From the NCBI GenBank assembly GCA_951406725.2, contig OX597832.1, positions 13,392,001 through 13,456,000 of the forward strand: DNA of 64,000 bases, given 5' to 3'. The translations under genes and the position numbers were made by a program. Below, in pieces: positions 41,831 to 55,300 of the stretch (its first letter is position 1; every line of letters begins with the position of its first letter). Origin of the DNA: Octopus vulgaris. Lineage: Eukaryota. Below the pieces are notes generated by a model that was not told where the DNA came from, searched no databases, and saw only the letters and a program-made list of their open reading frames with translations.

Positions 41831-43956
41831 ATGGACGCATATCACATAGATTATTCTATGAAAAATATACCGATCCCATCAAAGGATTTTTACTCTAAGA
41901 AACTTCTGCAAAAAATTACTGATGTAATTAAGCGTATGAGATGGAAGGCTTTCTTTTTTGACACAGAAGCGAACACCAAGGAAAACATTTGCTATCGGAT
42001 AAAATCCAAAAAATTCCCTCCTAGGATTAAAGGCTTGGAAGATTTCGAAGCGGACCTGCTGAAGATCATGAGCAAAATAAAGTTTCGTAAGTCTTTTAAC
42101 AATTTCCAACATAAATTGAAGAAAGATATTGATCATATAAAAAGCTCCAAGAAAAAAGCACTTTTTTCGGATAAAACCAAGAACTTATACCTGGTAGATA
42201 ACAGCAAATACACACAACTCTTACACAACAGCATCATTAATAATTATACTAAAGCTAGGGCACAGACATATAACGAAATTAATAAAGAAGCTAGCGTCAT
42301 CGCCGCTAAACTTAAATTAGATAAAAAAATAGAAACCCTCCCCAAAAAGAGGCCTTTATTACTATTAAAGACCACAAAGAAAACTTCCTTTCCAATCCTA
42401 AATGTAGGCTTATCAACCCAGCCAAGTCAGAACTAGGGATTATTAGCAAAGAAATTTTAGATAAAATAAATACGAAAATTAAGAGCGATACTAGGCTAGT
42501 GCAATGGTCCAATAGTATAGAAGTCGTAGACTGGTTTAAAGCTATTAAGAATAAGAAAAAAGCGAGGTTTACACAATTCGATATTGTTGATTTTTATGCC
42601 TCTATCTCTAAAGAACTGCTAGATAAAGCCCTAATCTTCGCTAGTGACTTCATAGAAATTAGTACCAATGATAAGGATATAATCTTCCATGCTAGAAAGA
42701 CATTACTTTTCAGTGAGAATGCAAAGTGGGTAAAAAACACCGACACGGAGGGCGCTTTCGATGTGAGCATGGGTTCATATGATGGGGCAGGCATCTGTGA
42801 TCTAATTGGACTCTTTCTCCTAGATACCTTCAGTAAGACATTCCCTAACGTACATTTCGCCATCTACAAAGATGATGCCCTCGCCTTAACAGCTAATACA
42901 AATGGACCAGCACAAGATCGTTTTAGGAAGGATATTATCCAGTTAATGAAACACTTCGGACTTAGTATAACTATAGACACTAACCTGACGGTTGTCAATT
43001 TCTTAGACGTTTCCTTAGATCTTAATAATAATATTTATAAGCCTTATAGGAAGCCCAATGATAGACTAAGTTATATTAATGTAGGTTCATGCCATCCCCC
43101 TATAGTATTCAAAAATTTAGTTAAAAATATTAGTAATAGGATTTCTAGCCTCTCATCTAATGAGGACATCTTCAATAGCGTTGCCCCAGTTTATAATAAA
43201 GCTTTAAAAGATAGTGGTTTTAGCGAAAAAATAAAATATACACCTATCACCAGCCCAACAATAAGGAAAAGGAATAATAGAAATAGGAAGGTCATCTGGT
43301 TTACGCCCCCTTACTCACCCGAGGTGGCCTTCAATATAGGTAAATATTTCCTAGCACTGATAGATAGACATTTTCCAGTTAACCATGCTTATAGGAAACT
43401 CTTCAATAGACACAATTTAAAAATTAGTTTTAGTTCAACTACCAATTTTAAAAACATAATCAATCATAACATACAAAAAACACAAGAAGAAAACAGCTGT
43501 TCATGCAGGAATAAAGAATTGTGCCCGCTAAATGGAGCTTGCATGTCCAAGACCATCATATATGAGGCTACCGTAAACTCTATAACCACTAAAGACACCG
43601 TTTTGACGAAGAAATACGTGGGCCTGACAGAGGGTAATTTCAAGACCAGGTTCAATAACCACACTTTGAGCTTTAGGCACTGGAACAAAAGAAAAGCGAC
43701 ACAATTATCCAATCATATTTGGTCTTTAAGAGATAAAGGTGTCGATTATAACATACAATGGAAGATTTTGGCCAGATGTAAGCCCTATACTAACGGCAGC
43801 GGAAGGTGCGGTTTATGCGACATGGAGAGATGGCTTATCTGGAAAAGCAGCTTAGACCCTACCACATGTCTAAATACAAGGACAGAACTTTTCGGATCAT
43901 GCCCACATGTGACTAAATTTCTGTTACGTTTTTGGTCCCCTAAAGAAAACGGATAG
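41831..43956 (+). CDS. PLE reverse transcriptase-GIY-YIG endonuclease polyprotein (~708 aa if a 1-nt deletion at ~42340-42350 is corrected)
   Basis: YSMKNIPIPS, MRWKAFFF, AFITIKDHKENF..RLINPAKSELG, FDIVDFYASIS, MGSYDGA, YKDD, FLDVSLDL, HPP, CSCRNKELCPLNGAC, IIYEATV..YVGLTEGNFKTRFNNH, CGLC, CPH. Confidence 0.93.
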
Positions 43957-44312
43957 AACATGCTTTCTGTGTTATGTCCCAAGAAGATTTTATATATTTT
44001 TATATATTTTTATATATTTTTTATGTATTTTTATATAATTTTTATGACGAAAAATGCGAGCGATGTATAAGTACGCAGGCAAAGCAGAGTTATAACAGAG
44101 TAATTTCCCTTCATTTTTAACGGTATTTTTTCATAACGTTTTCAAATAGCCAGATAACCGAAGAGATGGTGTTGTGGATTTCCACTTCGGCATCTGAAAC
44201 TCAGAGTTTTATCTTGACTACCGAGTAATGTAACATATTGTATAGATAAATTTCCTCTATTTACATAATATTGAGGTCTCTTTCTTTCTTTTGTTATCTT
44301 ACCGTTTTATCA

Positions 44313-44315
<3 letters not shown>
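43871..44315 (+). repeat. 3' pseudo-LTR, overlapping the last ~85 nt of the ORF
   Basis: Near-identical to 41283-41726. Confidence 0.97.
44147..44220 (+). ncRNA. Variant type I hammerhead ribozyme in the 3' pseudo-LTR
   Basis: Identical to 41558-41631. Confidence 0.7.
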
Positions 44316-44356
<41 letters not shown>

Positions 44357-45478
44357 CTGTATTTATGTATGCATATTCTGACAATGCATGTGTATACAAA
44401 CTTTCCTACGTATATACTGACTCGCTCACGTATGTGGGTGCCTATCTTTCCTGGAACACAATGATTATTTCTGCGTGCGTGTTGGTGGCCTACAGACTTC
44501 CGGCTTTTTTTTGTGTTATCGTTTGTTTTGATTGTTTCGTCATTTCCATTCAAGCTTCAAAAAGCATAGTCACTTTTATGAAAGCACAATTAGTTGTGAT
44601 CTTTTTGCTTTTGTCTGCTTTTGTCGGCGAGGATGAAATATTTTCCTCATTACTCTTTCTTTATAAATTTCAGCTAGCATAATTGTTGCGGAAGTGCAGT
44701 ATCAACCACTGTTTCGAAATTTCCATTGTTTTCGTCTTTGAAGTAACTTATATGTCTTGGCAATTCTTTGCATTCATAACGTAAGATGAATTCCTGCTTT
44801 AAATTCCGGACTTTTTACGCTCACCGAATTACGCTGCACATTCTAGAGTCTGTGTGACTACCAAAGTTGTACTTGTAGAATGTAGATCTTAGATGCAGTC
44901 TTACATAAAATAACCGATAAGTATAATGCATTTAAACTGCATTAATATTTCTCCTCATATTATCTCTGTATGAATTGCTTTAGTATCCTTTTAGCTATCT
45001 AAATTGGGGCCTCAAGCTCATGAGTTGCTGTTCATCAAGTTATTGATATAATCATAGCTTATTTAATGATATAATTGCTATGGGAATTGACAATATTTAG
45101 ATTCTGTGAAAAACTGTTTTCGGTGCTGATTAAATATTACTTAATAAAATAGTTCATAATTATAAGTGAATACCGCAGTATGATTAATTAACGTTAACGT
45201 TTATAGGTTTCATTAACCAGTGATGGTTCATATTCAAATGTAATTAAAATAAATGTATAATTTATTTAATTCAAGAAAGGAAGAGCAGTTTTGAGTTGAG
45301 ATAGTTTGTGATTACCATCGTCTCCAGTCCTTAAATGGTACATTATTATCAACGGTGGACGTCTGAAACTATATACTTAGATTGGCGCAATTTGGACGAG
45401 AATGTAAACAAATACCTCAATGCATTTCTACAACAAAATAATCCCTTCTGTAAAAAATTATAATGACTACGTAAGTAT

Positions 45479-45644
45479 AGGCGCAGGAGTGGCTGTGTGG
45501 TAAGTAGCCTGCTTACTGACCACATGGTTTAGAGTTCAGTCCAACTACGTGGCAACTTGGGTAAGTGTCTTCTACTTTAGCCTCGAGCCGGCCAAAGCCT
45601 TGTGAGTGGATTTGGTAGACGGAAACTGAAAGAAGCCCGTCGTA

Positions 45645-45723
<79 letters not shown>

Positions 45724-45948
45724 ATGTGTGTGTATGTGTTTGTGTGTCTGTGTTTGCGCTCCCAACATCGCTTGATAACTGATGCTGGTATATTTACATC
45801 CCCGTGAGTTAGCGGTTCGCCAAAAGAGACCGATAGAATAAGTACTAGCCTTACAAAAAATAAGCCCTGGGGTCGATGTGCTCGACTAAAGGTGGTGCTC
45901 CAGCATGGCCACAGTCATATGACTGAAACAAGTAAAAGAGTAAAAAGA
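45479..45948 (+). mobile_element. SINE family A, full length
   Basis: Matches the family consensus. Confidence 0.9.
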
Positions 45949-47859
45949 CCCATTTAATCTCTGCTGTTAACGCTGATGCAATCCCACATGAGGACAAAAT
46001 AATCTCCAAAGAGCAAAACCCTTGAAAAATAAAAATGGTTAAAATTTTATCGGAATTTAGTAAGGAATTTAATCTAAAAGTAAACATAATCGATCCATCA
46101 TTGTTGGAAGATTTAATAAACAACAAAATGAAATTTGACCTCAGGAATATTCTAGAAAATCTTACATAAACAGAAAAAAATAACACTTCCTAATCCCCAT
46201 AAGACTGTAATCCCAAAATTAGCAAGTATAAATAAGTTTTAAATGATTCATCAAAAATCTTTGTGAAATGCAGTCATACCGGAAAATTTCTGCTTCGATC
46301 TAAAATAAAGGGACTACTTGAATAAAAGAATTATTCTTCCAGGCCTGCCTACAATACATTGATAAAGCCATTACTTCTACGAATATCCCAATTATATTTC
46401 AATGTTACATGTTAATTGAAGAGCGCACATTTGAAAATCTATATACGACTAGATAGTTTTTTTAGAAGCTATCAGTTGTGCAACTGCCTAAGCGGTTGCA
46501 GACACTTTATTTACAAAGAAACAAAATCCGTACATACAGAGTTTCTTGTGTTCAAATAATTTTCATGATCGCAATATGTAAGGAATTGGCGAAAATACAT
46601 TCATAAACTTTACTTACAAACATAAGAGATAGTAAATTAACGCTATATCTAGCAGACACGTATCAATTACTGAGAATGATCAAATAAGATCAAAATCACG
46701 TGATATGATCCGCATGAAGTATGTCCGAGAGGGATTTGCCTCCGAGTTGGGTCAGCGTCTCAGAATAATATGGGGAAGACTAAAAAAGAAAATGAGAGAC
46801 AGAGAGAAGGAAAGAGAGAGAGAGAGATAGAGATAGAGAGAGAGAGAAAGAGTGAAAGAGAGAAATTCAGTTTCGTAAAACCACGTTTATAAAGCAAATG
46901 AAATCTGTTGCGTTCAACATTATAACGCGATGTTTGTTATCATCTAGTGCTGTATTCAGCTTATCACATGCACCTGCAAAAGACATCAGTAAGCTAGTTA
47001 TTTAGCTGTACACCCACCAGATTACTGCAATATATGTTGATAATGCATTTATGTGCATTCAAAAGGAACACTGACTTGCTCGTCTACACACGCACGCACT
47101 AACACGCACGGACACTAACTCTCTCATATCTCTAGGATGTCTGGCGAATTCCGTTAAACTAATTTCTTCCCAATAATCCAAGAGAGCTACAAAACTTTAC
47201 TTCTATGATCAATACCTCTGAGAAAGCTGAAAAAAGTTGTGATTTTCACACTGTTTAATTATTCAACTAATTATGGGTTCTCCGCACCTTGTTAAATGCA
47301 AGAAATATTTACTTAAATCGTTTTTAACATATTTAATACAGACAAAATTAAAAGGAAGTTAGAAATGTTAAATATTGTGGAAGAGTAAATATCTGTTGTT
47401 AGGTAATGCTTTGTAGATTTCTATTTTCAGAAATAACAGGAACAATATCGGGCACGTTTAGAATCACATTCTGACGTTATAAACTTAGCTTCAATCTCGG
47501 AGAAATTTCCTCTAACACCATCAGTTTTGCTGCTTCGACATGGAGTTTTTTTTTTTCCTCAGAGAGCGTTGCCTCTTACCAAATATTTTAAGGTGAAGAC
47601 TCTCCTAAGTTTTATTTAGGCACAGAGTTGCAATTTTAATATATTTAGACGAGGGGAATATCGCAATGTAGATGAGAAATAATTATGAAACAAATTTAGC
47701 TTGTACTAGTTAGAATAATTTGTTATATCTAAAAAGGAATCAATTTTCTCTTCATAATAAGACTGATATATTGTTAAATATTTGTATAAAAACAGTATAG
47801 CGTAAGCATTTATATAAGTTTCTTTTCTTTTCAAAATATACTATAGGTTCTTTCAGCAG

Positions 47860-48297
47860 CCACACATATAACCCAGGGTAGCATTACCTCCTCCAGGCAC
47901 TTGACGTAGGCCTCTTTGCTGAATCTGAGGCAGTGTGGGAAGATGAATGGAGGCACAACCACGCCATCACTAGTGATCACTTCAAAACCCATGGTGTTGA
48001 CTGGATGTTTAGTATTTATTACTCTAGGTACATGTCATCGGATTGCACAGTTCTCAGATTGATACACAAACAGTAAGAATGTTTCATATTGGAGGTCCCT
48101 GCACGAATGTCAAGCAGCGCATCATGTCTTTTCCAAATTTCTGGCAGAGTGAATTGCATCATTGTGCTCTTGTTTTCTCACATACGGTTCACAACTGACC
48201 CTACTCTACTGTGCAGTCAACTAAATTTAAAACAAACAAGGGGCGTTAGCAAAGTTGAAAATATAAAAGGGTGACAATTTACACATCGCACACTGCA
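47860..48297 (-). mobile_element. Tc1/mariner-superfamily transposase remnant with one terminus
   Basis: KHPVNTMGFEVITSDGVVVPPFIFPHCLRFSKEAYVKCLEEVMLPWV; terminus cagtgtgcgatgtgtaaattgtcaccc. Confidence 0.7.
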
Positions 48298-48327
48298 TAT
48301 ATAAATATATATAGGTGCGTGTGTGTT

Positions 48328-48394
<67 letters not shown>

Positions 48395-48524
48395 TTAATA
48401 AGCATTTATTTTGTGGTTGAAACCTATTGGATCTATTTCTAGTGCTAGAGTGAGCCACATAGTGACCACTCTCTTATATTTACTTATATATATATATACA
48501 TATATACATATATATATATGTATG

Positions 48525-48640
<116 letters not shown>

Positions 48641-48858
48641 TATACAACGGCGGTGCATGAGCATGGCCGAAGCTCTGAGCTGAAACTAAAAGAAAAAGAA
48701 AAAAAGATAGATAGATATTATGTCGATGGATAGATATGTATGTAGATAGATAGATGGAGTATAAATATGTGGTTTATATATATATATATATTTAAAGATG
48801 CATATATATGTCGATATAAATATATCAATATACATATACGTATATACATACTTACGTA

Positions 48859-48960
<102 letters not shown>

Positions 48961-49609
48961 CATATACCATTCTTAGTTTTATTATTTAGTGATGAAATGC
49001 ATTTGCTTTCCTTTCCACTTCATAAAGCACTGTGGGTTGTATTTTTTCTGTTTTGTTCCATTACTCCTCGGGTAGAATACAGTGAATATACATGAGAAAA
49101 ATTGCACTTCTATTGCACGTAAGATTACATGATACCCACTTTATTCACACATTTCCTTTTTATTTTATTTTCTAGCCTTCTAGCTATTTCGTTTATATGC
49201 CTATTCCATGTTTACGTTACAGAGTATTTTCAAAATTACAGTGATGAATTTATGTCGAGTAAATGCATATCATGTTCTCGAGGCATTGCAAAAGGTTTTC
49301 CTGTTATACTTTAAAATGCGATTGCTTATTCAAATCTACATGGAGATTTAATCAGTAACACCGTAAGGGTCTAGGACGATTTGAATAATGTAAGGAAATG
49401 TTCTAGTAGCGCGTAATCTCATTAAAGACAATAATGAAATAATTCTGTCCTCACTAGGCAGGAATGAAATTAAATCTCTCGTCGCTTGTTTAGTTTTATC
49501 ATTAATGGTTGCTTTGTCTTTCTTCAATATACATTAAGATAAATTTTTTTTGTTGTCACTGATGTCGACTATGCACATGGGTTTCCTAACATATCTCCCT
49601 CATTTTGAT

Positions 49610-49886
49610 TACTCGTTTACTCTTCAACTTGTTTCAGTCATTTGACTGTGGCTATGCTGGAGCACTGCTTTTAGTCGAGCAAATCGACCCCAGGACTTAT
49701 TCTTTGTAAGCCTAGTACTTATTCTATCGGTCTCTTTTGCCGAACCGCTAAGTTACGGGTGACGTAAACACACCAATATCTGTTGTCAAGCGACTGTTGT
49801 CAAGTGGGACTGTTGTCAAGTGGGACTGAACCCGGAACCATGTGGTTGGTAAGCAAGCTATTAACCACACTGCCACTCCTGCTCCT
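49610..49886 (-). mobile_element. SINE family A with central deletion
   Basis: Head joined directly to the 3' body via duplicated gactgttgtcaagtgg. Confidence 0.85.
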
Positions 49887-50244
49887 ATAGCTACTTACCA
49901 TACAAACACTCCTGCGCTTATTTTACAGTCATTTTTAGTCTGTTATACTACAGCCTTTTTTGTATTTGAATCGTATTCATCAGTGTTCGTTTATCGCATG
50001 GTATCATTTCTTCATGTTTTTTTAATTTCTTTTAGCCTCTTCTGAGACGACCTTGTGATTTAGGTCGCTTTAACAATCGCATGTAGTGAATCAGAATATG
50101 TTATTTATACTCCACACCTGCTATTTTTGACGTGCCGCATTACCAGGCTAACATCTGCAATAAACATAGTAGCATACCAGATCATTATTTTCGGAATATG
50201 TTACTACGTTAATGCTTACTTTATATAAAAAATCAAGGCAATTA

Positions 50245-51423
50245 TCAAGTCATCCCGTAAGTTCTGTCCGAATTTTGAATAAAGAAAACAAGTGATAAAA
50301 TGTTATATTTAATTGAAATTTAATCATCAATGCACTGATTATCTATGACATCCTTCTATCTATTTACAAGAATTTTTATCCCATCAATGTAAAGCTCTTG
50401 TGATTTCAAACCGAATAACACTTAAATATCAGATTTGACCTCCTCCTCGCTTGCGAAAGTTATGTTCCCTAAATGATTCTGTAGAATATGAAACAAATGG
50501 TAGTCTGAAGGAGCAAGGTCAAGAGAATATGGTGGATGAGAATTTTTTTGCCAACCAAGCTCTTCGATGTTCTGTGATATGATCTTTGTAGTGTGGGGTC
50601 GCACATTGTCCTGGTGAAACATCACTCCTTTTCGATTCACTACAGCGGGTCATTTTTTTTCTTGAAAGCTGAGTTCAACCGCTCTAATTGCTGACAGTAG
50701 AGTTGACCATTGATTGATGCATTAGGTGGTAACAATGCAAATTGAATTACTCCTTTGCAATCCCACCAGATAGAGAGAAGAACCTTTTCCTCGCTGAAGA
50801 TCCCTTCTCTATTGTGGTTGACCTTTTTGCCTTTTACCAAGCCACTGTTTACGACGTTTAACATATCGATAGAAGATCCATTTATCGTCACCAGACAGAA
50901 GTCTATCCAATAAGGGTGAAATGAGTTCGCGAGAATAGAGAGAAAAGCAGATGTCAACGCGGGATGTGCGGTTGCTTTCGGACAATTCATGAGACACCCA
51001 TTTTCCAAGCTTAGGAACCTTTCCAAGTTGTTGAAGATAACGAGGTACCGTTCTATGGTTTGAATTAAGACTGAAATCTCCATTTCTGAATTTTGCAAAC
51101 CATTTCATTTTGCAAATTTTTCATTCATGCATTCTTTCCCATAAACTGAGTGTATGTTTCGAATCGCTTCGGCTGCAGAGTTTCCTTTTTGTACTCATAA
51201 AACATTATGTGCCTGAAATGCTCTTAGGATACTTTCATTTAGAAAGGGTTTTAATAAACGAAATTTTAATTCTATTATTTTTTAAAAACAATATTGAATT
51301 AGTTTAAATGTACGCAAATGCATAAAAATAATTTATAATTCTATTTGACATTCCAAAATATTATTAAATTTCATCCAATTAAAAGCAATGGTAAAATCGG
51401 ACGGAATTTATGGGATGGCTTGA
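50245..51423 (-). mobile_element. Decayed mariner (DD34D) with both TIRs
   Basis: 27-bp TIRs with 4 mismatches and TA flanks; KLGKWVSHELS, LLSGDDKWIFY, KVLLSIWWD, FHQDNVRPH, HPPYSLDLAPSDYHLF. Confidence 0.95.
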
Positions 51424-52232
51424 TACTTGATGTCTAGCTTCTCTGCTATGTTCAATCTAATTTATTTAACGTTATCAAATATTAAGTACACGCTGCCTCC
51501 TTTTGGACTGAGTGTGCGATTGATATTACTAGAATATTCCATATAATCGTACTAGTATTGGTTTTAGATTTTCAATTTCGGCTTTACTGCAGCGTGCATG
51601 AATATCGTATATGAATTCACACAAATATATATGCATTGGGATTAATTAAAAATCCACCCTTCTGGAGTATCTTCTTTGCACTTCTCAAGAACAACTCCAT
51701 TCCCAGAAGAATATAGCAATTTTACAATTTATCCAGAGTTTCTCAAAAATAGATAAAAGAAACACTGTCATTTTATATTTGTTAAATATGAAAGAGGAGA
51801 GTGAAAGATTGTGAAGCTGTGATGTAGTCAAGGAGCTAAACCATATCTTTTGTCCGAAAATATCTCAGCTTCAGTGAAGTTGCTGAGCTTCTAAGAAATA
51901 TAAGTGTATATCTTTCATTTCATTTAAATACGATACAATTTATAAGATACCACCTGTTGTTCAGCGGAGCAATACTTTGGTGACGCGATGAGAATTGTAA
52001 ACCTAGTATTAGAAAAGATTTTCCACGAGACGCTATTAAGAGTCGGCTACTTCAGAGACATCTCGATTACTTACAGACATATAGAAGCTTCTTATCTGCT
52101 ATATTGGGTACGGGTGGACCTGCGATGCTATGGTTTCGCGTAAACATTTATAATCACTCACAAGTTTTATGCGAAGTAATATTCTTGCATAGCTAAGTTA
52201 AAATGTTATGAAAGGAGTTATTACATTAGTAC

Positions 52233-52278
<46 letters not shown>

Positions 52279-52321
52279 ACATATATATACACACACACAC
52301 ACTCATATCTATATCTATATC

Positions 52322-52415
<94 letters not shown>

Positions 52416-52419
52416 TATA

Positions 52420-52740
52420 TATAGAAAATAGTAAAAAGTGAAAAAACTACAGAAGACTTGTTTTAGAAGGTTAAAAAGTATATATTTGAGTCATTATGTC
52501 TGAAGAATGTTATAAATTTTTTTCTTACAAATTTTCATAGAAATTTGAAAAGCTGAACGCGAAACCGGTCTTTCTTCAAAAACTATGTCTTGTATGAAAA
52601 AAATTTATAACATTCTTCAGACATAATGACTCAAATATATATTTTTTAACCTTCTAAAACAAGCCTTCTGTAGTTTTTTCATTTTTTACTATTTTCTATA
52701 TATTCAAACACGTGCTTTCACACACCAACTTTCTCACCTA
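52420..52740 (+). mobile_element. Truncated PLE tail with ~110-bp inverted arms enclosing an HHR remnant, in (TA)n
   Basis: Arms 52420-52530 and 52590-52702; loop catag..ttgaaaag-CTGAA-cgc-GAAACCGGTC-tttcttcaa..ctatg. Confidence 0.7.
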
Positions 52741-52808
52741 TATATATATATATATATACATACACATATACTTACACATATATGTATGTACGTATGTTTG
52801 TGTTTGTA

Positions 52809-52851
<43 letters not shown>

Positions 52852-53177
52852 ACAATAATCTTTAGATGGAGTTTATAAACATTTAATGCATCGCTACGCG
52901 TGTTTCCGCAATTTTTGTGTCTCAAGATCACAGGCCCTGTTCCTTAGATGATTACAATATATTCCGTAGTATCCCTGGGCATCGGGTTGATCATATTCAT
53001 GGATTCATTTCATCAGGAGATATAACATTAATGGATGTACAGCAGAGGGATGCTTATCCATTTTGTCCAGTCAAACTTCATGTTGGACAATAGGGATAAT
53101 CATCTCTGTTATACATCCATTAACTTTATCGTCTAAAGAAATGAATTCATGAATATGATCAAACATGTATATATATA

Positions 53178-53369
53178 CTTTATTTAAGAGCAGCAGGAAT
53201 TCAACAAAACCTGTTACTCGGAGTTTCACGTACCCGTTCGATGAACGTGAAACTCCGAGTAACAGGTTTTGTTGAATTTCTGCTGATTTTAAATAAAGCA
53301 TATTACTCTACCCCTGGTATTTGAGTACTCTTTTTTCCACCTTGTTTCACATTTATGTGTTTACTCCGG
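53178..53369 (+). mobile_element. Truncated PLE tail with ~41-bp near-perfect hairpin containing the HHR right half, in (TA)n
   Basis: Arms 53191-53231 and 53245-53285; GAA-ACTC c GAGT-A motif. Confidence 0.65.
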
Positions 53370-53764
53370 TATATATATATATATATATTTCAAGTGTGCG
53401 TGGTGCGTTAGTGGATTGAATGCTTTATATGTTCTACAGATGAGTGTATACTTAACATAATTTTCTGACAGAATCAGCTCGATAGTCCTTGAGTCAAGGT
53501 TGATTTTTCGAATTACTGGTTCTAACCATCAAATTTCACTTCTAAATTGTAGGTTTATTCGTGGTGGTAGAACAGAACATATGCCCGTAACGCCGAGTGC
53601 CAGAACATTGAGAAAATAATAGTCTTCTATAAATGAACACACACAAACACACACACACACACACGCACATACACACAGGCACACACAAATTTATATATGC
53701 ATAGACAAACACACAAATATACACACATAAACGCACCGTTCGGTCATGAATGACTGTGTGATTG

Positions 53765-54025
53765 CCTCTCTGAGGCACCAGTCCCGGCTAGGTTCTTTAT
53801 GGACGACCAGCATTCGCCCATGCATACCAGCCTCCTCTAGTGACGTCACCGATGATATCCAAGGGAAAGGCAAAGGCTGATACAGCTTGGCACCAATGAT
53901 GTGCAACTTATTTCTACAGCTAAGTGAACAGGAACAAGAATCTAACACACAGCCCGGTCCCGGAATCGAAGTCACTACCTCATGGTTGTGAGCCCGATAT
54001 TTCACCCACCTAGCCATGCACCTTC
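53765..54025 (-). mobile_element. tRNA-derived SINE family D
   Basis: Minus gaaggtgcatggctaggtggg...gacttcgattccggg with A/B-box-like motifs and a unique body. Confidence 0.6.
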
Positions 54026-54275
54026 ACTAACTCACTCACTCACTCACTCACTCACCCACTCACTCACTCACCTACTCACTCACTCACCCACTCTCTCACT
54101 CACTCACTCACTCACTCTCACCCACCCACTCACTCACTCACTCACTCACTCACTCACTCACTCACTCACTCACTCACTCACTCACTCACTCACTCACTCA
54201 CTCACTCACTGACTCACTCACCCACTTACTCATTCACTCATTCACTCATTTACTCACTCACTCACTCTCTCACTC
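54024..54275 (+). repeat. (CACT)n microsatellite
   Basis: Directly visible. Confidence 0.97.
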
Positions 54276-54749
54276 ATACACACACACACACAAACCCCCA
54301 CACATAAATTATACCCATTCCTTTCTAATACAAAGGAATATACCATTTTATGATTTTTCAAATAAACCCGAATCACCTGAGTGGGTTGTTACAAGGACAA
54401 CATTTAGACTAATAGCTTGTTTTGTGCAATATACGTGAATTAATTAAACATAATAGAGTATACACTGCTTCTTTTAAAAATCTATACATTTTACATTAAG
54501 CATTGTAGAATATAAAATGATATAATCTACACATTAATTTCAAAAAGATCTCATTAAAATATGTGCAGCGGAACCATTACATATAGACAGAAAACTGTTT
54601 GTGTGATTCTACCTGCAACTACTTACAATATCATATGGCAGAATTTTCCTCTATTTATTCCCATATATGTTCTATATTTCTGTTTCACTCTCGGCTCAGT
54701 CGTTTTTCCTTTCTTTCTCTTTCTCTATTCTTCTCAACCAACTGCTAAT

Positions 54750-55300
54750 TCTACCTATGACTATCCACTTTAATAGCAGACGTACTACACGGCTTTTCTC
54801 TGTAGAACCAAAACGCTTGCACCGTCCCCATTTACGCTTCGTTATTTCTTCATCTCTCAATATATGGTACTTTTATTATGTGCTAAACCACTTCATTTCG
54901 TACAAAACCATGCCATTTGATCTTCTAGATTCTTCGTAACGCTTTATTTTTCAAAGGCGTTTAGCTATGTTTGATTGCTATTCCAAGACTTCCTTTCATA
55001 TGTTAAAGCACTTCTGAGTACCGATTTATATAATCTAATTTTTGTAAGAATCACCAATCTAAACGATTCCTAGACATTTGGAATTATTCTTATTGATTGG
55101 TTTACGTTCTGAAATCTTACATTGAATTTGGTATCTAAAGACCAATCAGTTGGCATAAAAGTTCCCAGTCATCTAAAGGAATTTGCTCTTTCATTGATAC
55201 ATGTCTACTATCCATTTCTTGGGTCACACAATTTCCGTATATACAGATTTATTAATCCATACGCACACATACCGAAACATATCTTTTGAGAATTCAATCT
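54750..55300 (-). pseudogene. RTE-like LINE C-terminal remnant
   Basis: SFR*LGT...LTKIRLYKSVLRSALTY...ALRRI*KIKWHGFVRNEVV. Confidence 0.7.

Larger units (their letters stand above)
41283..44315 (+). mobile_element. Near-intact Penelope-like retroelement (C-terminal GIY-YIG; probably Hydra clade) inserted in (TA)n
   Basis: Direct pseudo-LTRs, single long RT-EN ORF broken by one frameshift, (TA)n on both flanks. Confidence 0.95.

Noticed and set aside
42335-42355. Programmed -1 ribosomal frameshift in the PLE ORF
   Set aside because: No in-frame X XXY YYZ slippery heptamer; a homopolymer deletion or sequencing error is simpler.
42499-43956. Selenocysteine-encoding Naiad-type PLE
   Set aside because: The endonuclease is C-terminal and there are no in-frame TGA codons in this ORF.
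41283-44315. LTR retrotransposon
   Set aside because: No TG...CA ends, PBS, gag, protease or integrase; the repeat overlaps the ORF end and the protein is a PLE RT plus GIY-YIG.
53191-53285. Pre-miRNA
   Set aside because: Near-perfect arms containing an HHR half and continuing into a TA-terminated tail are better explained as a PLE inversion.
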